A program made the position numbers and the translations under genes. A stretch of 64,000 bases of DNA from a virus: positions 1 to 64,000 of IMG/VR virus record IMGVR_UViG_3300042945_001689; one strand, 5' to 3'. Shown in pieces: positions 9,524-20,135 of this stretch. The notes under the pieces were generated by a model. It ran no database searches and was not told the DNA's origin. It saw nothing but the letters and a program-made list of their open reading frames with translations. How positions within the stretch are numbered: the first letter of the stretch is position 1; every line of letters begins with the position of its first letter.

Positions 9524-10477
9524 CTATCTATTTGCTCCAAAAATTTGGTCAACAAAGTTGTCTGATTTTTGTAACAATTCTATTATATCACTGTCCAGCA
9601 TATCACCAATATCTTTATATTTATTGTCTAATTTTATCATATATGCTTTTGATCCTATTTTTTCAATAAGTTTATTAGCCATAGTGTTTCCAGCATCATC
9701 GTTATCTGCTACTACACATATCTCACTAAAATATTTTTTTAATAACTCAATCTGAGAACTTGATACATTTGCACCAAGAGTTGCTACTGCTGGAAATCCA
9801 ACCTGATCAACTCTTATAGCATCAAAAGACGACTCTAGAACATAAACTCTGCTAGAAGTCTTAATTCTATGCAGGTTAAAAAGTATTTTACTTTTTGGTA
9901 GACCTGGAGTATTTTTGAATTCTTTGCCTTCAATTGTTCGTGCAACAAAACCAATTGTCATTCCATCTGGAGATTGAACTGGTATTGTAACCATATCTTG
10001 TTTTTCAGAATAGCCAAGACTAAACTTCTCTATAGATCTTTTTGTTATTTTTCTACCTTCAAAATATCGCATTGCTCTAGGAGACTCTAGCGTTTGATTG
10101 TTTAATCTTTTTATTAATACCTCATCATATTGAATAAACTCTTTTGGTTTATATAACTTTTTATTAATAAGATCTTCAATGTTAGTTTCTTTTTCTTTAC
10201 TCTTGATAAATCTGATAGATTCAAAATAAGACCTATTAGTCATCTTCATAATAAGTTCTTGAAGATCTGCCGTTTGCTGACAACTAAAACAAAAGAACAG
10301 TCCACTTTGTTTAGACACTTCTCCTGCTGGCGTTTTTGTGTTATTGTGATATGGACAAAATATGATAAAGTCTGAACCAACTTCTGATTCTACGGTTATG
10401 CCTGATCCAACAAGGACTCTTTTAATCTGTTCTTCTGTATATGTATTGGTCTGTACCCGTCTACCGCGATTATCCAC
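9524..10477 (-). CDS. dnaG: DNA primase (Zn finger + TOPRIM)
   Basis: CPYH...FFCFSC; VLESSFDA; ATLGA; VADNDDAG; KDIGD. Confidence 0.9.
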   Translation of the reverse strand: MDNRGRRVQTNTYTEEQIKRVLVGSGITVESEVGSDFIIFCPYHNNTKTPAGEVSKQSGLFFCFSCQQTADLQELIMKMTNRSYFESIRFIKSKEKETNIEDLINKKLYKPKEFIQYDEVLIKRLNNQTLESPRAMRYFEGRKITKRSIEKFSLGYSEKQDMVTIPVQSPDGMTIGFVARTIEGKEFKNTPGLPKSKILFNLHRIKTSSRVYVLESSFDAIRVDQVGFPAVATLGANVSSSQIELLKKYFSEICVVADNDDAGNTMANKLIEKIGSKAYMIKLDNKYKDIGDMLDSDIIELLQKSDNFVDQIFGANR

Positions 10478-10719
10478 TGTATCTTCTTTCTTCCAACGTG
10501 CATTCCATATGCTGTAAGGCCAAACTCAAAATAATTTTTGTCACTATTATATTTTAGCGTAAAATCTGGTTCAATGTCAATTCTTGGCGCATATCCAGTT
10601 TCACGCATCTGTATGACCAAAAGACGTAAATATTCTTCCTTAAGTCTAGGTATGTGAGATTCATCCTTGATGATGCCATCAAGATAGAAGTTTTTAATCG
10701 GTTTATGATGAAGTGACAC
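10396..10719 (-). CDS. Hypothetical protein
   Basis: 107-aa GTG-start ORF between helicase and primase; TATAAT 5 nt upstream; overlaps the primase ORF by 82 nt. Confidence 0.65.
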   Translation of the reverse strand: MSLHHKPIKNFYLDGIIKDESHIPRLKEEYLRLLVIQMRETGYAPRIDIEPDFTLKYNSDKNYFEFGLTAYGMHVGRKKIQWIIAVDGYRPIHIQKNRLKESLLDQA

Positions 10720-10725
10720 ATTATA

Positions 10726-11952
10726 TTATAACGCCTTATCTTCGTAGTCTTTATATCGATAGTAACCTTTATCAAAATCTACCTGAACTAAAAACTCACC
10801 CATAAAACCATTGCGATTCTTTCTAAAGGCGCACTCGATAATATCTGAGTTAGTTGCCCTACCCAAAGCCATAACCCAGTCAGCATCGTACGCAATCTGT
10901 CTAGACCAGGCAGTCTGACCAAGCGTAGGAACACTGCTAAGATCATTTACATCATCTGGGGTAGCAGAGGAGATAGCAATAATTGGAACCTCTTCTGAAA
11001 TAGCCATAAGTTTAAGTTCACGAGACAAGTTCTTCATTCTTACTGTTTCATTATCAGATTTTTGATTTGGTGTCATAAGTTGTAGATAATCCACAATAAC
11101 AAAGTCTGGTTTATATTGGTCTATCTTGCCACGTAGAACAGACGGACTAATCTCTCCACCCTGATCATTTGAGATGATATGAAATGGGTTCTTGCCTTCA
11201 AGGTGACGCTTGTGCCATTCCTTTAATGTGTCTATCTCAATATTACCTTGACTAATTTTACGATGTGACCAAAGTCCTTCACCCATAATTGTAAATACAC
11301 GATTACGAACCTCTGTTTCAGACATCTCAAGACTAATAATTAGTGGTGTCTTGCCTTGCTTCCAAGCCTGTACCGCAAAATAAAGTGCAAGCCAAGACTT
11401 ACCAATTCCTGGATATGCAAGGAATACTCCTAGTTGTCCACCAGTAATCCCAGATGGTAGATAGTTGTCAAATCCTGGTAGGCCAGTTTTAATTCCTACA
11501 TTGCCCGCTGCTTCCATTTTTTTGAGATGATCAAAATAAGCAATTGCAGAATCTAGATCAATAACATCAATATCACGAACGGCAGATGTATTCTTTTTTA
11601 ACTCTGACGTTTTTGTAATTAAATTATTTAATGCTTCTACACCCTTGTCATTTTGAACATCTCCTGCTGCAGAACGCAGAATGTCTTTAAGGCTATCATT
11701 TAAATATTCATGCTGTAATTCTTCTAGATGGTGCTTAGTTGCTCCAATATCTTCAATTACCTCAAAGTCTCTAAACTTTTCAACGACAAGTGATGCTGGT
11801 GGAACAGAACTATTGTGCTCAAAATAATTTCTAATAAAATTCCAGATATCTGAGTGCGTTCTAAGAATGCCATCAACGTTAGCCTGTAATAGAACGTGTA
11901 TCTGCTTATCTTTTAATACAGCATTAATTACTTTTGCTTCTGAGTTATTCAC
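10726..11952 (-). CDS. dnaB: Replicative DNA helicase (SF4)
   Basis: AYPGIGKS, ISLEMS, IVDYLQLM, SRELKLMA, DAD, KNRNG. Confidence 0.95.
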   Translation of the reverse strand: MNNSEAKVINAVLKDKQIHVLLQANVDGILRTHSDIWNFIRNYFEHNSSVPPASLVVEKFRDFEVIEDIGATKHHLEELQHEYLNDSLKDILRSAAGDVQNDKGVEALNNLITKTSELKKNTSAVRDIDVIDLDSAIAYFDHLKKMEAAGNVGIKTGLPGFDNYLPSGITGGQLGVFLAYPGIGKSWLALYFAVQAWKQGKTPLIISLEMSETEVRNRVFTIMGEGLWSHRKISQGNIEIDTLKEWHKRHLEGKNPFHIISNDQGGEISPSVLRGKIDQYKPDFVIVDYLQLMTPNQKSDNETVRMKNLSRELKLMAISEEVPIIAISSATPDDVNDLSSVPTLGQTAWSRQIAYDADWVMALGRATNSDIIECAFRKNRNGFMGEFLVQVDFDKGYYRYKDYEDKAL

Positions 11953-12253
11953 TTAGCCACGCCCTTGCCTTCCTACGTCTTTCTAATCGATCTTTATCAT
12001 CTTGCTCTTTATCAAGTTTAGCCTTTAAAATTTTTTCAGCATTATATGCAAAATAATTCCAAGACGGATCTTGTGCCACTTTAAAATAGTATTGAAGTAG
12101 GTCGTAACATGCTGGCAATCCATAGGACTCAATTAACGCATCTGAGGCCCACTGTTCTACATTTAAATTTAAAGTAGACTTTGCCTGATATCTTTCGTTA
12201 TGATACTTAGAATATCTGCTTAGCAAAGCCATTCGGTCTTTGCGGTCTGCCAT
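11945..12253 (-). CDS. Hypothetical protein upstream of helicase
   Basis: 102-aa ORF coupled to dnaB. Confidence 0.7.
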   Translation of the reverse strand: MADRKDRMALLSRYSKYHNERYQAKSTLNLNVEQWASDALIESYGLPACYDLLQYYFKVAQDPSWNYFAYNAEKILKAKLDKEQDDKDRLERRRKARAWLSE

Positions 12254-12462
12254 TATTCTTCTATTTCTGCCTTAGCCTCATTGATCTTCTCAGTCAATTT
12301 AGCCTCTACAAAGCCATAGACACGTTCCATAGCATCGTTGGTTGTCTCACCCTGCCTCTTTGCATCTACTACTCCCAAATCAAGTCGTAGCGATTGAAAA
12401 TTGCCAAGATTTAATGTATATCCTAAAGTAACAGATACCTTAGTGTCTTCGTTTTGTTCCAT
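12253..12462 (-). CDS. Hypothetical protein
   Basis: 69-aa ORF with SD GGAGG; TLNLGNFQSLRLD. Confidence 0.7.
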   Translation of the reverse strand: MEQNEDTKVSVTLGYTLNLGNFQSLRLDLGVVDAKRQGETTNDAMERVYGFVEAKLTEKINEAKAEIEE

Positions 12463-12477
12463 TAGTCCTCCAAAGGC

Positions 12478-13023
12478 CTAGTTAATGCTTTCATTCCAAA
12501 CAGGGATAAATCTACCATCTTCAGTTCTTGTATATGTAAGTATACCATCGCCCATTCTGCGTGTCAACTCTTGTTTAGTGGGAGTATTATTATTTGTAAT
12601 TAATCCATCTTTTCTTGGTTGCCCCTGATGAATTGATGCAAGAATATCTCTCATTTCTCTAACCTGACTTTCAGAATAATATGATCTAATCTGAAAACCT
12701 ACTTTTCCATATTTACTACATCCTTTAGGAGATGGAATAATACCTTTTTTCATTAAACGTGGCATATATTTTCTATGTCTATTTAATAGTTGTGATGTTT
12801 CACTCACGGTATATGCTCGCTCTCTTTTCTTTTTAAACTCATGTAAAAAACAAATTTCATTTTGATCTTTATTAATGTTGTATAAAGTTATAGTACCAGT
12901 AGATCTGCTATTGTGATATATTCTTACAAGGTCTCCATTAAGAAACCATATTTTTTTGCTGCCAGAAATTACAGGGGCGCTATTGTAGTCTTTGCCCTTA
13001 TCTTTTCCTGAGAAAGCAGCCAT
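12478..13023 (-). CDS. Putative MerR/excisionase-like HTH DNA-binding protein
   Basis: AYTVSETSQLLNRHRKYM...GIIPSP...SYYSESQV; exact start uncertain. Confidence 0.6.
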   Translation of the reverse strand: MAAFSGKDKGKDYNSAPVISGSKKIWFLNGDLVRIYHNSRSTGTITLYNINKDQNEICFLHEFKKKRERAYTVSETSQLLNRHRKYMPRLMKKGIIPSPKGCSKYGKVGFQIRSYYSESQVREMRDILASIHQGQPRKDGLITNNNTPTKQELTRRMGDGILTYTRTEDGRFIPVWNESIN

Positions 13024-13157
13024 GATCCCTCTTTAGAACTATCTGGTGGATGATAAAATTTTCTTTTACCACACATAATACAGTATACCTCAAGATGCTC
13101 AGATGTGCTAAATTGACGGTCTACTAGGATTTTGCCTTTACATTTTATACATTTCAA
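12969..13157 (-). CDS. Small Zn-ribbon protein
   Basis: MKCIKCKG...YCIMCG. Confidence 0.65.
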   Translation of the reverse strand: MKCIKCKGKILVDRQFSTSEHLEVYCIMCGKRKFYHPPDSSKEGSWLLSQEKIRAKTTIAPL

Positions 13158-13597
13158 TTTGGAATTCCAATAACAAGAACATTAACATCTATCGTAGCAA
13201 CACCATTAGAAGAAAACTTTGCAACAAGGTTAGCCTCTGATGTTGTGACATTTGTAAGAAACACAGAAACATTTTTACCAGCCTCTGTTCCACCCTTATT
13301 CCATGGTGTTGCAACTACAATTGGTGGATATTTAAAACTAAAGTTAACTTTAAATGGAACTTCTCCTCCAGCCGTAGTGGTAGCAGCATTAGTTACGTTT
13401 ACAGTTTCGCCATATATAGAGGCTCCTGGTGTTGGAACGGCATACTCTGTTCTTGGTGTGGTAGTACCAACAATTTTAGTATTATTAGAAGATGTTGGAG
13501 AGGACTGTCTTAAAAGTTGATTAACTGTTGTAACAATGCTAGAGATGTATGAAACATCTAATGGCTGACCTCTTTGTGGTATTGGTAACTCAGGCAT
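13154..13597 (-). CDS. Probable minor tail / tail-tip protein
   Basis: LPIPQRGQPLD; C-terminal beta domain (FSFKYPPIVVAT...VLVIG); end of tail module. Confidence 0.55.
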   Translation of the reverse strand: MPELPIPQRGQPLDVSYISSIVTTVNQLLRQSSPTSSNNTKIVGTTTPRTEYAVPTPGASIYGETVNVTNAATTTAGGEVPFKVNFSFKYPPIVVATPWNKGGTEAGKNVSVFLTNVTTSEANLVAKFSSNGVATIDVNVLVIGIPN

Positions 13598-13605
13598 GAT
13601 ATTTA

Positions 13606-13614
13606 ATTATAGCA
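13606..13614 (-). promoter_or_regulatory. Extended -10 promoter, near-leaderless
   Basis: TGCTATAAT 8 nt before ATG 13597. Confidence 0.65.
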
Positions 13615-13623
13615 CATTCCGAA

Positions 13624-14109
13624 TTAAAGATTTTCTTTAGTTGTTTTAACTAAAATCTGATTGGTATTTATTATCCTATCATATGTTGCATTTTGAACAA
13701 TAACATTAAAATTGTCTACTTCATTTTGATCTAACAGAAATCTAACACTAAAAAATCCTTGTTCGGTCTTGCTATATGAATAGGTTGAAACTGCTGGTTC
13801 TCCAACCGCAGTATTTGTTTTTAAAAATATATCATAATTTCTCATTACTTGCAACTGTGCTCCTGGAGGAACCCACTGCAAGATTACTTCATAAATTGAA
13901 GTGCTTCCCTGTTGTTGTACAGATAAAGTATATGAATATGGAGAAGCAATTGTTGGCAACGCAACCTCTTGTATTTTTGACCAGTGCGATGCTCTGTTTC
14001 TATCTTCAGAAATAACTCTATATCTTAATCTAATTTTTCCACTTTGCCCACTAAAAGGTGGAAGATCTTTGTTTTTAATAATAGATTTTTTAATATTTTT
14101 ATCTGCCAT
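13624..14109 (-). CDS. Probable minor tail protein (FN3-like)
   Basis: RYRVISEDRNRASHWS; tail-module position. Confidence 0.55.
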   Translation of the reverse strand: MADKNIKKSIIKNKDLPPFSGQSGKIRLRYRVISEDRNRASHWSKIQEVALPTIASPYSYTLSVQQQGSTSIYEVILQWVPPGAQLQVMRNYDIFLKTNTAVGEPAVSTYSYSKTEQGFFSVRFLLDQNEVDNFNVIVQNATYDRIINTNQILVKTTKENL

Positions 14110-15236
14110 TATTCAACACCAACAGACATCCTATACTCTATATAATTATTTGTGTTTGATGCTTTTAATATTGGTTGCTCATCAGCATTTTTTACTACTG
14201 TATATGCTGTTAATCCATATAGTGGATTTTGAGTTGTTACGTTTTCAACTCTAATTGCATCAAGACCAATATAGTAACTATCGGTCAATGCATTACTTGT
14301 AACTGCACAAGCATATATTTTTAAAGATGTTACATCTGCCCAAGAAAATCCATCTTCTTGTACAACATCTGAAATATTTTTTTCAATAGTATAATATCTA
14401 TTGCTTGAAAAATCAATGCTTGCGTTTCCTGCATCAACAACATTAAAAATTAATCTTGCTTTTTTAGTAGATGTATTGATAAAATCAACAATAATTTTTA
14501 CGCTATCTGGGCCAGTGTAGGGGGTTGAAAGTGTTAGGGCTGCAGACTTATTTATAACAGAAAAGGCAATTTTAATTTTATCAGATAGAGAGTTTTGAGA
14601 TAAGTTAATTGATGTTCCAGTTTTTAAAATATGATATGCCGATGATAAATTTGTAGAAGATGTAGCATCTTTAATACTAGAAAAATCTCCAGCCACAAGA
14701 ATAACATTATTAAAAAACCTACATCTTTCATGATAGTCATTTCTATTATTTCTATAAAAAATTCTATTATCAGAATTTGCTTGAAAAACATCATAGGCAA
14801 CATCAATAACATTATCATCACCAGGATCTAATGCAGTAGTTACAACAGGTATATTTGCCGTTGATGCAGTTACTGATTGCCAAGCCTCTTCTTGTGAAAA
14901 TAAAACAATATTTCTGCTATCAAATCCCGCAGCAGATGGATTGCTTCCAGCAGAATAAATTCCAATTTCAGTAATCTCATATTTTTCCTGGCTAGGAAGT
15001 TCTCCTGTAAATACTAACTTATTTACTCCATCTTCAAATACATAACCACGAGATGAAATCGGTACCCTAAACATTTCAAAGTCTAGCGATTCTTTTTGTG
15101 CATATGTATTAAAACTATGTGAGTCTGCAGATCCTAATGGTTGTGGTCCAGAACCAAAAGCCATGTAGGATGCAAATGCTGGGGCAGTGCCTAAAAGGTA
15201 CTTTGCCACAATTTCTTTGCCAGTGTTAGTTATCAA
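14109..15236 (-). CDS. Minor tail / baseplate protein
   Basis: MITNTGKEIVAKYL...YEITEIGIYS, an N-terminus typical of tail collar/baseplate proteins. Confidence 0.65.
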   Translation of the reverse strand: MITNTGKEIVAKYLLGTAPAFASYMAFGSGPQPLGSADSHSFNTYAQKESLDFEMFRVPISSRGYVFEDGVNKLVFTGELPSQEKYEITEIGIYSAGSNPSAAGFDSRNIVLFSQEEAWQSVTASTANIPVVTTALDPGDDNVIDVAYDVFQANSDNRIFYRNNRNDYHERCRFFNNVILVAGDFSSIKDATSSTNLSSAYHILKTGTSINLSQNSLSDKIKIAFSVINKSAALTLSTPYTGPDSVKIIVDFINTSTKKARLIFNVVDAGNASIDFSSNRYYTIEKNISDVVQEDGFSWADVTSLKIYACAVTSNALTDSYYIGLDAIRVENVTTQNPLYGLTAYTVVKNADEQPILKASNTNNYIEYRMSVGVE

Positions 15237-15787
15237 GACTCATCAACTCCTAATGTATCATTATATATTGTACCACCTGAAATGATTTCAATTTGAATTC
15301 TTTCATCAGAAGCATTGTCTTTTGTTTCTATGACCAAATCTCCATTTGCATCTATATATACATTAGTTCCATTTGTGCTAGAACTTGTTGGAACATCTGG
15401 TATTCTAGTGAGAAGGTTAATAGCAAAATTAAAAAAATACACATCTGAAGTATCTTGAAGGGCTATAATCTTTTTTGGATCATAGGTGTTTTTAAAATTT
15501 GCAATATTTGCAATAGGCTGATAATCTATATTTTTAGTATTAACAAAATTTTTATTACTTAATATTAAAAGTTCGTGGCCAGCAATTTGTTCAAAAAACA
15601 AATTTACAATTTCTCCCTCTCCTATAGGGTTTATAACATTTTCATCAAAATTAACATATTGTGGAGTTGCTATTTTAATAGAGGCTTTTGTTACTAAATT
15701 AGATGATTGTTGATCTATTTGTGGGACTGCTGGTGTTGCTGCTTTATCTTTGGTCATGTCTAGCCACTCTTCTTCCCAAGTACCCAT
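15233..15787 (-). CDS. Probable minor tail protein
   Basis: Tail-module position; SD GAGGTG before the ATG at 15787. Confidence 0.55.
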   Translation of the reverse strand: MGTWEEEWLDMTKDKAATPAVPQIDQQSSNLVTKASIKIATPQYVNFDENVINPIGEGEIVNLFFEQIAGHELLILSNKNFVNTKNIDYQPIANIANFKNTYDPKKIIALQDTSDVYFFNFAINLLTRIPDVPTSSSTNGTNVYIDANGDLVIETKDNASDERIQIEIISGGTIYNDTLGVDES

Positions 15788-15788
15788 A

Positions 15789-18700
15789 TTACACCTCACT
15801 CAAATAAACTGTCATAGATGGTCCACTATTATTTCTGTTGTACTCAATATTATAAACAATAAACCTTGTATTTGTTGTTGCCACCATATCAACATCGTCA
15901 TTGTTTTTATAATCAATAGTAACAATATCTCCTAACTGAACTATTGGAGTTGCAAACATTTCAACCCCTACTGATTTTTTAGGTTGCATTAATTTATCAA
16001 TTATCCACCCCATTAAATTTTCAGCATCATCAGATGTTTGAATATAATCACTTTCAATAGAAAAGTCATTTTTTCCATAAATAATTCTGCTATTTTTAAT
16101 AGTGTTATATTTTTGTTCTTCAATAACAGGTGAATATACAATAGCATTTCCTTTAAGTTCTTGATCTGAAAAACTTGAAGTTTTCTTAAAATAGTCATCA
16201 ACAGTTAATGTGCTAGTGTTATCTTGTGTAAATGCAATACCTAGAATGTTTAAAAAGTTAAAAGATGTAGTTCCTAGGTCTAATAAAGAATCCGTTGAAT
16301 TAAAAACTAAAAACTCTGCGCCATAAGCATTTGATTGATAATTTGAAATAGTAAAATCTTTTACTCTATCTTGTGGTTTTAATATCTGTGAGGATAGTGC
16401 TGGATATGCATTATCAAATCTAATATTTAAATATGCACACTCTCTCATGATAGTTCCAAACTCATCATAAAAAATTTTATAATTTGGATTGTTTCCAGGT
16501 CCAACACCAGATAAATATGTATCTTGCAAAACACCGCTTAGTGCATATTTTCTTAATGAATCCTTAATGTTAATTGAGTTACCACTAAACACTTTACTAA
16601 TTGGCTCAGTTATAGTGGTTGCTCCATTAGTAGAATAATTTGGTCCCATAGCAAGTAGATGTTCAAACATACATTTTGATCCGCCACGAGTAAATAGTGC
16701 TGTATTATAATTTTTAGGAAGTGGATCTTTGTCATCAACTGTTGCAACTAAAACATTGTTTATGTACAAATAAAACCTTCTGCTATTTTGACCTAAAGCA
16801 TTGTCTACATACTCTACTGCCAAATCATAAACTGTTGTGTATTTGTCTTCAAACTTTTTAGAAACACCAACAAAGTTTCCAGAGTCAGATAAAATATCTC
16901 CGTTGCCACTCCACAAAAGTTCTGGTATTGCTTTAGTAGAACTTGAATCTTTTTTAATTTTATAAAATATAATATTTGCTTGTTCTTCAGTTCCACCATC
17001 TAAAGAAATAATTTCAAAATAATAGCCATTATTATTTGCTGCATTAACCAATACACCAAGTCCTCCAGAATTACCAGATAGTTTAATTGGTTGGTTTGGA
17101 GAACTTGTTGGTATTTGATAGTATATTGATCCATCTAGTGGTGTAAGTGTTTTATACGAATCATTATTTTCGTCTTGAATTTCTCCAACAGATGCACCAA
17201 TAATTCTAATTCTTGTACCAAAATAATTATATCGATCTTGAAAACTTTTAGTAATAAGCGTAATAAAATTTGTTGAATTTGGATCAGTACTTGTAAAGTT
17301 TGGCCCCTTTAAGACAAGTGCTGACGATTGTATAACTCCTTTATGTTTTTGTGGATTAATAATGTTAGTTGTTAATATTTCATTTTCTGTTAAATTAGAT
17401 TTACCCAAATACTTTTTAACAACACTGTTGGCTGTAGATTTTTTAGCCAAATCATTATTTACACCAGCAGGGCCAGTTGTTGTGCTTCCAGCAAAAGGAC
17501 TTCCTCCAAAAAGATACTGTGATTCCATAACACAGCCTTTTCTGTTATCATAACTTAACCATTCTTGTAAAAGTCCAGCAGTATGATAGGCAATTTGTGT
17601 TCCAAACTGCGCCCTTCCACTTGATATTACTGCACCCTCTTTCATTCTACTAGTTCCAGCAACAAGTTCATAATATGGCTCAGAATATATTCTTACTCTA
17701 CCAGTATGATATATTTTTCCATTAAATGGCATATTTGATAAATAATATTTATATTCAGCATCATTACTAATCCAAACATTTCCAATCCCTGCAACATTAT
17801 ACTCAACAGCATCATATTTTATAACTTCACCATTTGCATAAAAATAACCTTGATATCTGACTAACAAATATGCACTTTCGCCAAAATCAACAACATTGTT
17901 TTGAACAACTCCACCTTGAACAGTAGGTGGTAAATTGCTAAGATCTTTATTTAAAACAAGCGCAGCAAGACTATATCCTCCAGAACCATTACCGATTCTT
18001 GATTCTTTTGTATCTTGTACTTGCCATAACAAAGATGGTTTATATATCCAAGATTTGTCTTCAGAACTAATATTTGTTTCTTGTCCTAATTGACTATATA
18101 TCTTATCGATGTATCTTGTTTTATAAGTAATCTTTCCATCATTATATATTTTTTTATCTTGAGATGCCAGACTAATAATATTAGCAAGTTTTTTTCCGTC
18201 AATAATTTTGTTTTGAATAATATTGACAGTGTCAGTTACTTTTGAACCTATTAGTTCATAACTAGTAGGTCTTTGTGATGCGCTTGGCATTAAATAGTCT
18301 TTGCTCATAACTATAAAATTATTATATTCATCAAAAAACATTGCCGTTTGTGTTGATATTGCTAAATCATTTAATATTTGGGCTAAATTTTTATCTGGAC
18401 TGACAAAAAAATATGGAATAACTGGATCAATATCGCTAACATTTCTTTTATAAATATAATTGCTAAATCCAACATAATCAAGTAATAGTGCCACAGCATA
18501 ACTTAGTGAAACATTTGTAATAAATAATTCTGGTGCTGGCATTGACTCAAAATAAAAATATAAATCTCTTAACTTGATAGAAATTGTTCCACCTGTTATA
18601 TCTGCTTGAGGAAAACCTTCTGAGTATAAAGTTTTTATTGGAACTAAATAGTCATATCCAGAAACATTAATAATATTTTCATAAAAAGTAAATTTAACAT

Positions 18701-20135
18701 TTTTTCTAATATAGTCTGAAATCAAACTATTTGAGTTTTCATTAAAAGACTGATCTTCATCAAAAATATTTATTGTTCCAGTTGATGCAAGCAATTGTCC
18801 AATAGGAAGTGCACCAGAGCCGAGATCTCCTAGAGATTTTGTAACATTATAAGAAACAACTCTATCAGAAATGTCCACATTAAGTCGTGGAGAAAACTCA
18901 ATAAGGTCAAATGTTGAATTAAATTTATTCATAGAATCAACAACAATTCTAACACCACGAATATACTCAAACTCTCTATATGTAATTTGATTAGTTTTTG
19001 CTTCTAAATATGAAGATGGATTAACCAAGTTAGTTACAAAATGTTTTGTTTGATCTAATGATTCATCAGTCAAAAACCATGTATATTCTGGAACAAATTG
19101 ATCGTATTTATTTTCTAAATTATTCCAAATATAGTATGTACCTTTATCAGAACTACTAGTTATAACTAAATATGCATACCCATCTACTGCATCTTTTGGA
19201 AGCAAAGTTGTTGATGATAAAATTTCAGCATGAATAAAACGAGATTTATATTGATCTGGAATTTTTAATCCATAGGATAACTCTACGTACCCATCATCTG
19301 GAACAATTGGCAGTCCGCCTGGTCTTGTTGATGAAAAATTAAAATCTTGAACAGTTACCCATTGATTTCCTTTTAGTATTTGAATCTTCCATATAGTTGG
19401 AGTTGTTTTATTTAAGGTACCGTAAAAAGGATCTGCTAAAGTGCTAACTGTAGATTTATACGGACCTAAATTAACACCACCAACATTGGTCTGCATTTTA
19501 ACAATAACTCTATTAGATGGAACATTATTTTTATAAACAACAAATGGGGCTGCATCATCTATATAATACGACTGTCCTATAAGTCTATTTGCTATACCTC
19601 GTTCTGTTGTATTAGCAGAAGAAGTAGATTCTTTTTCGGTTCTATAAGAGGTCCAGTATTTAAATTCATCATTTCTATCTGGCATATAATATCTTGGCCT
19701 TTGTGTAAAAAAAGAACCTTGATCGTTTAATGCATCAGTAGTAAGTGAAGGGACATATCTGCCTGGAATATAAGATGTTTTGTTAATTCCTGATCTTGGT
19801 CTAAATGGCTTGATACAATCTTCTAAAGAATAATACAGTTTAAGTTGTTCTTTTGTTGCGGTATACAGTATTGGGTTGTCATCATCATCTACCCCACCAT
19901 CTACTACAACATCAGCATCTGTTGCACCAGTATAAAATTGTCCGACATCATTTGCATCAAATGTTGACTGAATTGTTAAATATCTAGTATCACTACTTTG
20001 TGGGCGATATCTATAGTTGCCTAACTTAAAAATATTATCTGGCATATTCATATTCCACTCAGCAACTATTTTTGATTTTGACTGAATAGTTGGTGAATTT
20101 TGAAAATGATTTTTTAATGCTGTATTATTAAACAT
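15789..20135 (-). CDS. Large tail-tip/hub protein, about 1450 aa
   Basis: Second gene after tape measure; hub-like motifs (MFFDEYNNFIVM; PIVQLGDIVTI...FIVYNIEY); start MFNNT by TAATG overlap. Confidence 0.7.
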   Translation of the reverse strand: MFNNTALKNHFQNSPTIQSKSKIVAEWNMNMPDNIFKLGNYRYRPQSSDTRYLTIQSTFDANDVGQFYTGATDADVVVDGGVDDDDNPILYTATKEQLKLYYSLEDCIKPFRPRSGINKTSYIPGRYVPSLTTDALNDQGSFFTQRPRYYMPDRNDEFKYWTSYRTEKESTSSANTTERGIANRLIGQSYYIDDAAPFVVYKNNVPSNRVIVKMQTNVGGVNLGPYKSTVSTLADPFYGTLNKTTPTIWKIQILKGNQWVTVQDFNFSSTRPGGLPIVPDDGYVELSYGLKIPDQYKSRFIHAEILSSTTLLPKDAVDGYAYLVITSSSDKGTYYIWNNLENKYDQFVPEYTWFLTDESLDQTKHFVTNLVNPSSYLEAKTNQITYREFEYIRGVRIVVDSMNKFNSTFDLIEFSPRLNVDISDRVVSYNVTKSLGDLGSGALPIGQLLASTGTINIFDEDQSFNENSNSLISDYIRKNVKFTFYENIINVSGYDYLVPIKTLYSEGFPQADITGGTISIKLRDLYFYFESMPAPELFITNVSLSYAVALLLDYVGFSNYIYKRNVSDIDPVIPYFFVSPDKNLAQILNDLAISTQTAMFFDEYNNFIVMSKDYLMPSASQRPTSYELIGSKVTDTVNIIQNKIIDGKKLANIISLASQDKKIYNDGKITYKTRYIDKIYSQLGQETNISSEDKSWIYKPSLLWQVQDTKESRIGNGSGGYSLAALVLNKDLSNLPPTVQGGVVQNNVVDFGESAYLLVRYQGYFYANGEVIKYDAVEYNVAGIGNVWISNDAEYKYYLSNMPFNGKIYHTGRVRIYSEPYYELVAGTSRMKEGAVISSGRAQFGTQIAYHTAGLLQEWLSYDNRKGCVMESQYLFGGSPFAGSTTTGPAGVNNDLAKKSTANSVVKKYLGKSNLTENEILTTNIINPQKHKGVIQSSALVLKGPNFTSTDPNSTNFITLITKSFQDRYNYFGTRIRIIGASVGEIQDENNDSYKTLTPLDGSIYYQIPTSSPNQPIKLSGNSGGLGVLVNAANNNGYYFEIISLDGGTEEQANIIFYKIKKDSSSTKAIPELLWSGNGDILSDSGNFVGVSKKFEDKYTTVYDLAVEYVDNALGQNSRRFYLYINNVLVATVDDKDPLPKNYNTALFTRGGSKCMFEHLLAMGPNYSTNGATTITEPISKVFSGNSINIKDSLRKYALSGVLQDTYLSGVGPGNNPNYKIFYDEFGTIMRECAYLNIRFDNAYPALSSQILKPQDRVKDFTISNYQSNAYGAEFLVFNSTDSLLDLGTTSFNFLNILGIAFTQDNTSTLTVDDYFKKTSSFSDQELKGNAIVYSPVIEEQKYNTIKNSRIIYGKNDFSIESDYIQTSDDAENLMGWIIDKLMQPKKSVGVEMFATPIVQLGDIVTIDYKNNDDVDMVATTNTRFIVYNIEYNRNNSGPSMTVYLSEV

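Noticed and set aside
4537-11952. Inteins or introns in recA, dnaE or dnaB (also checked nrdJ)
   Set aside because: Lengths are normal, motifs are contiguous, and no splice-junction signatures were seen.
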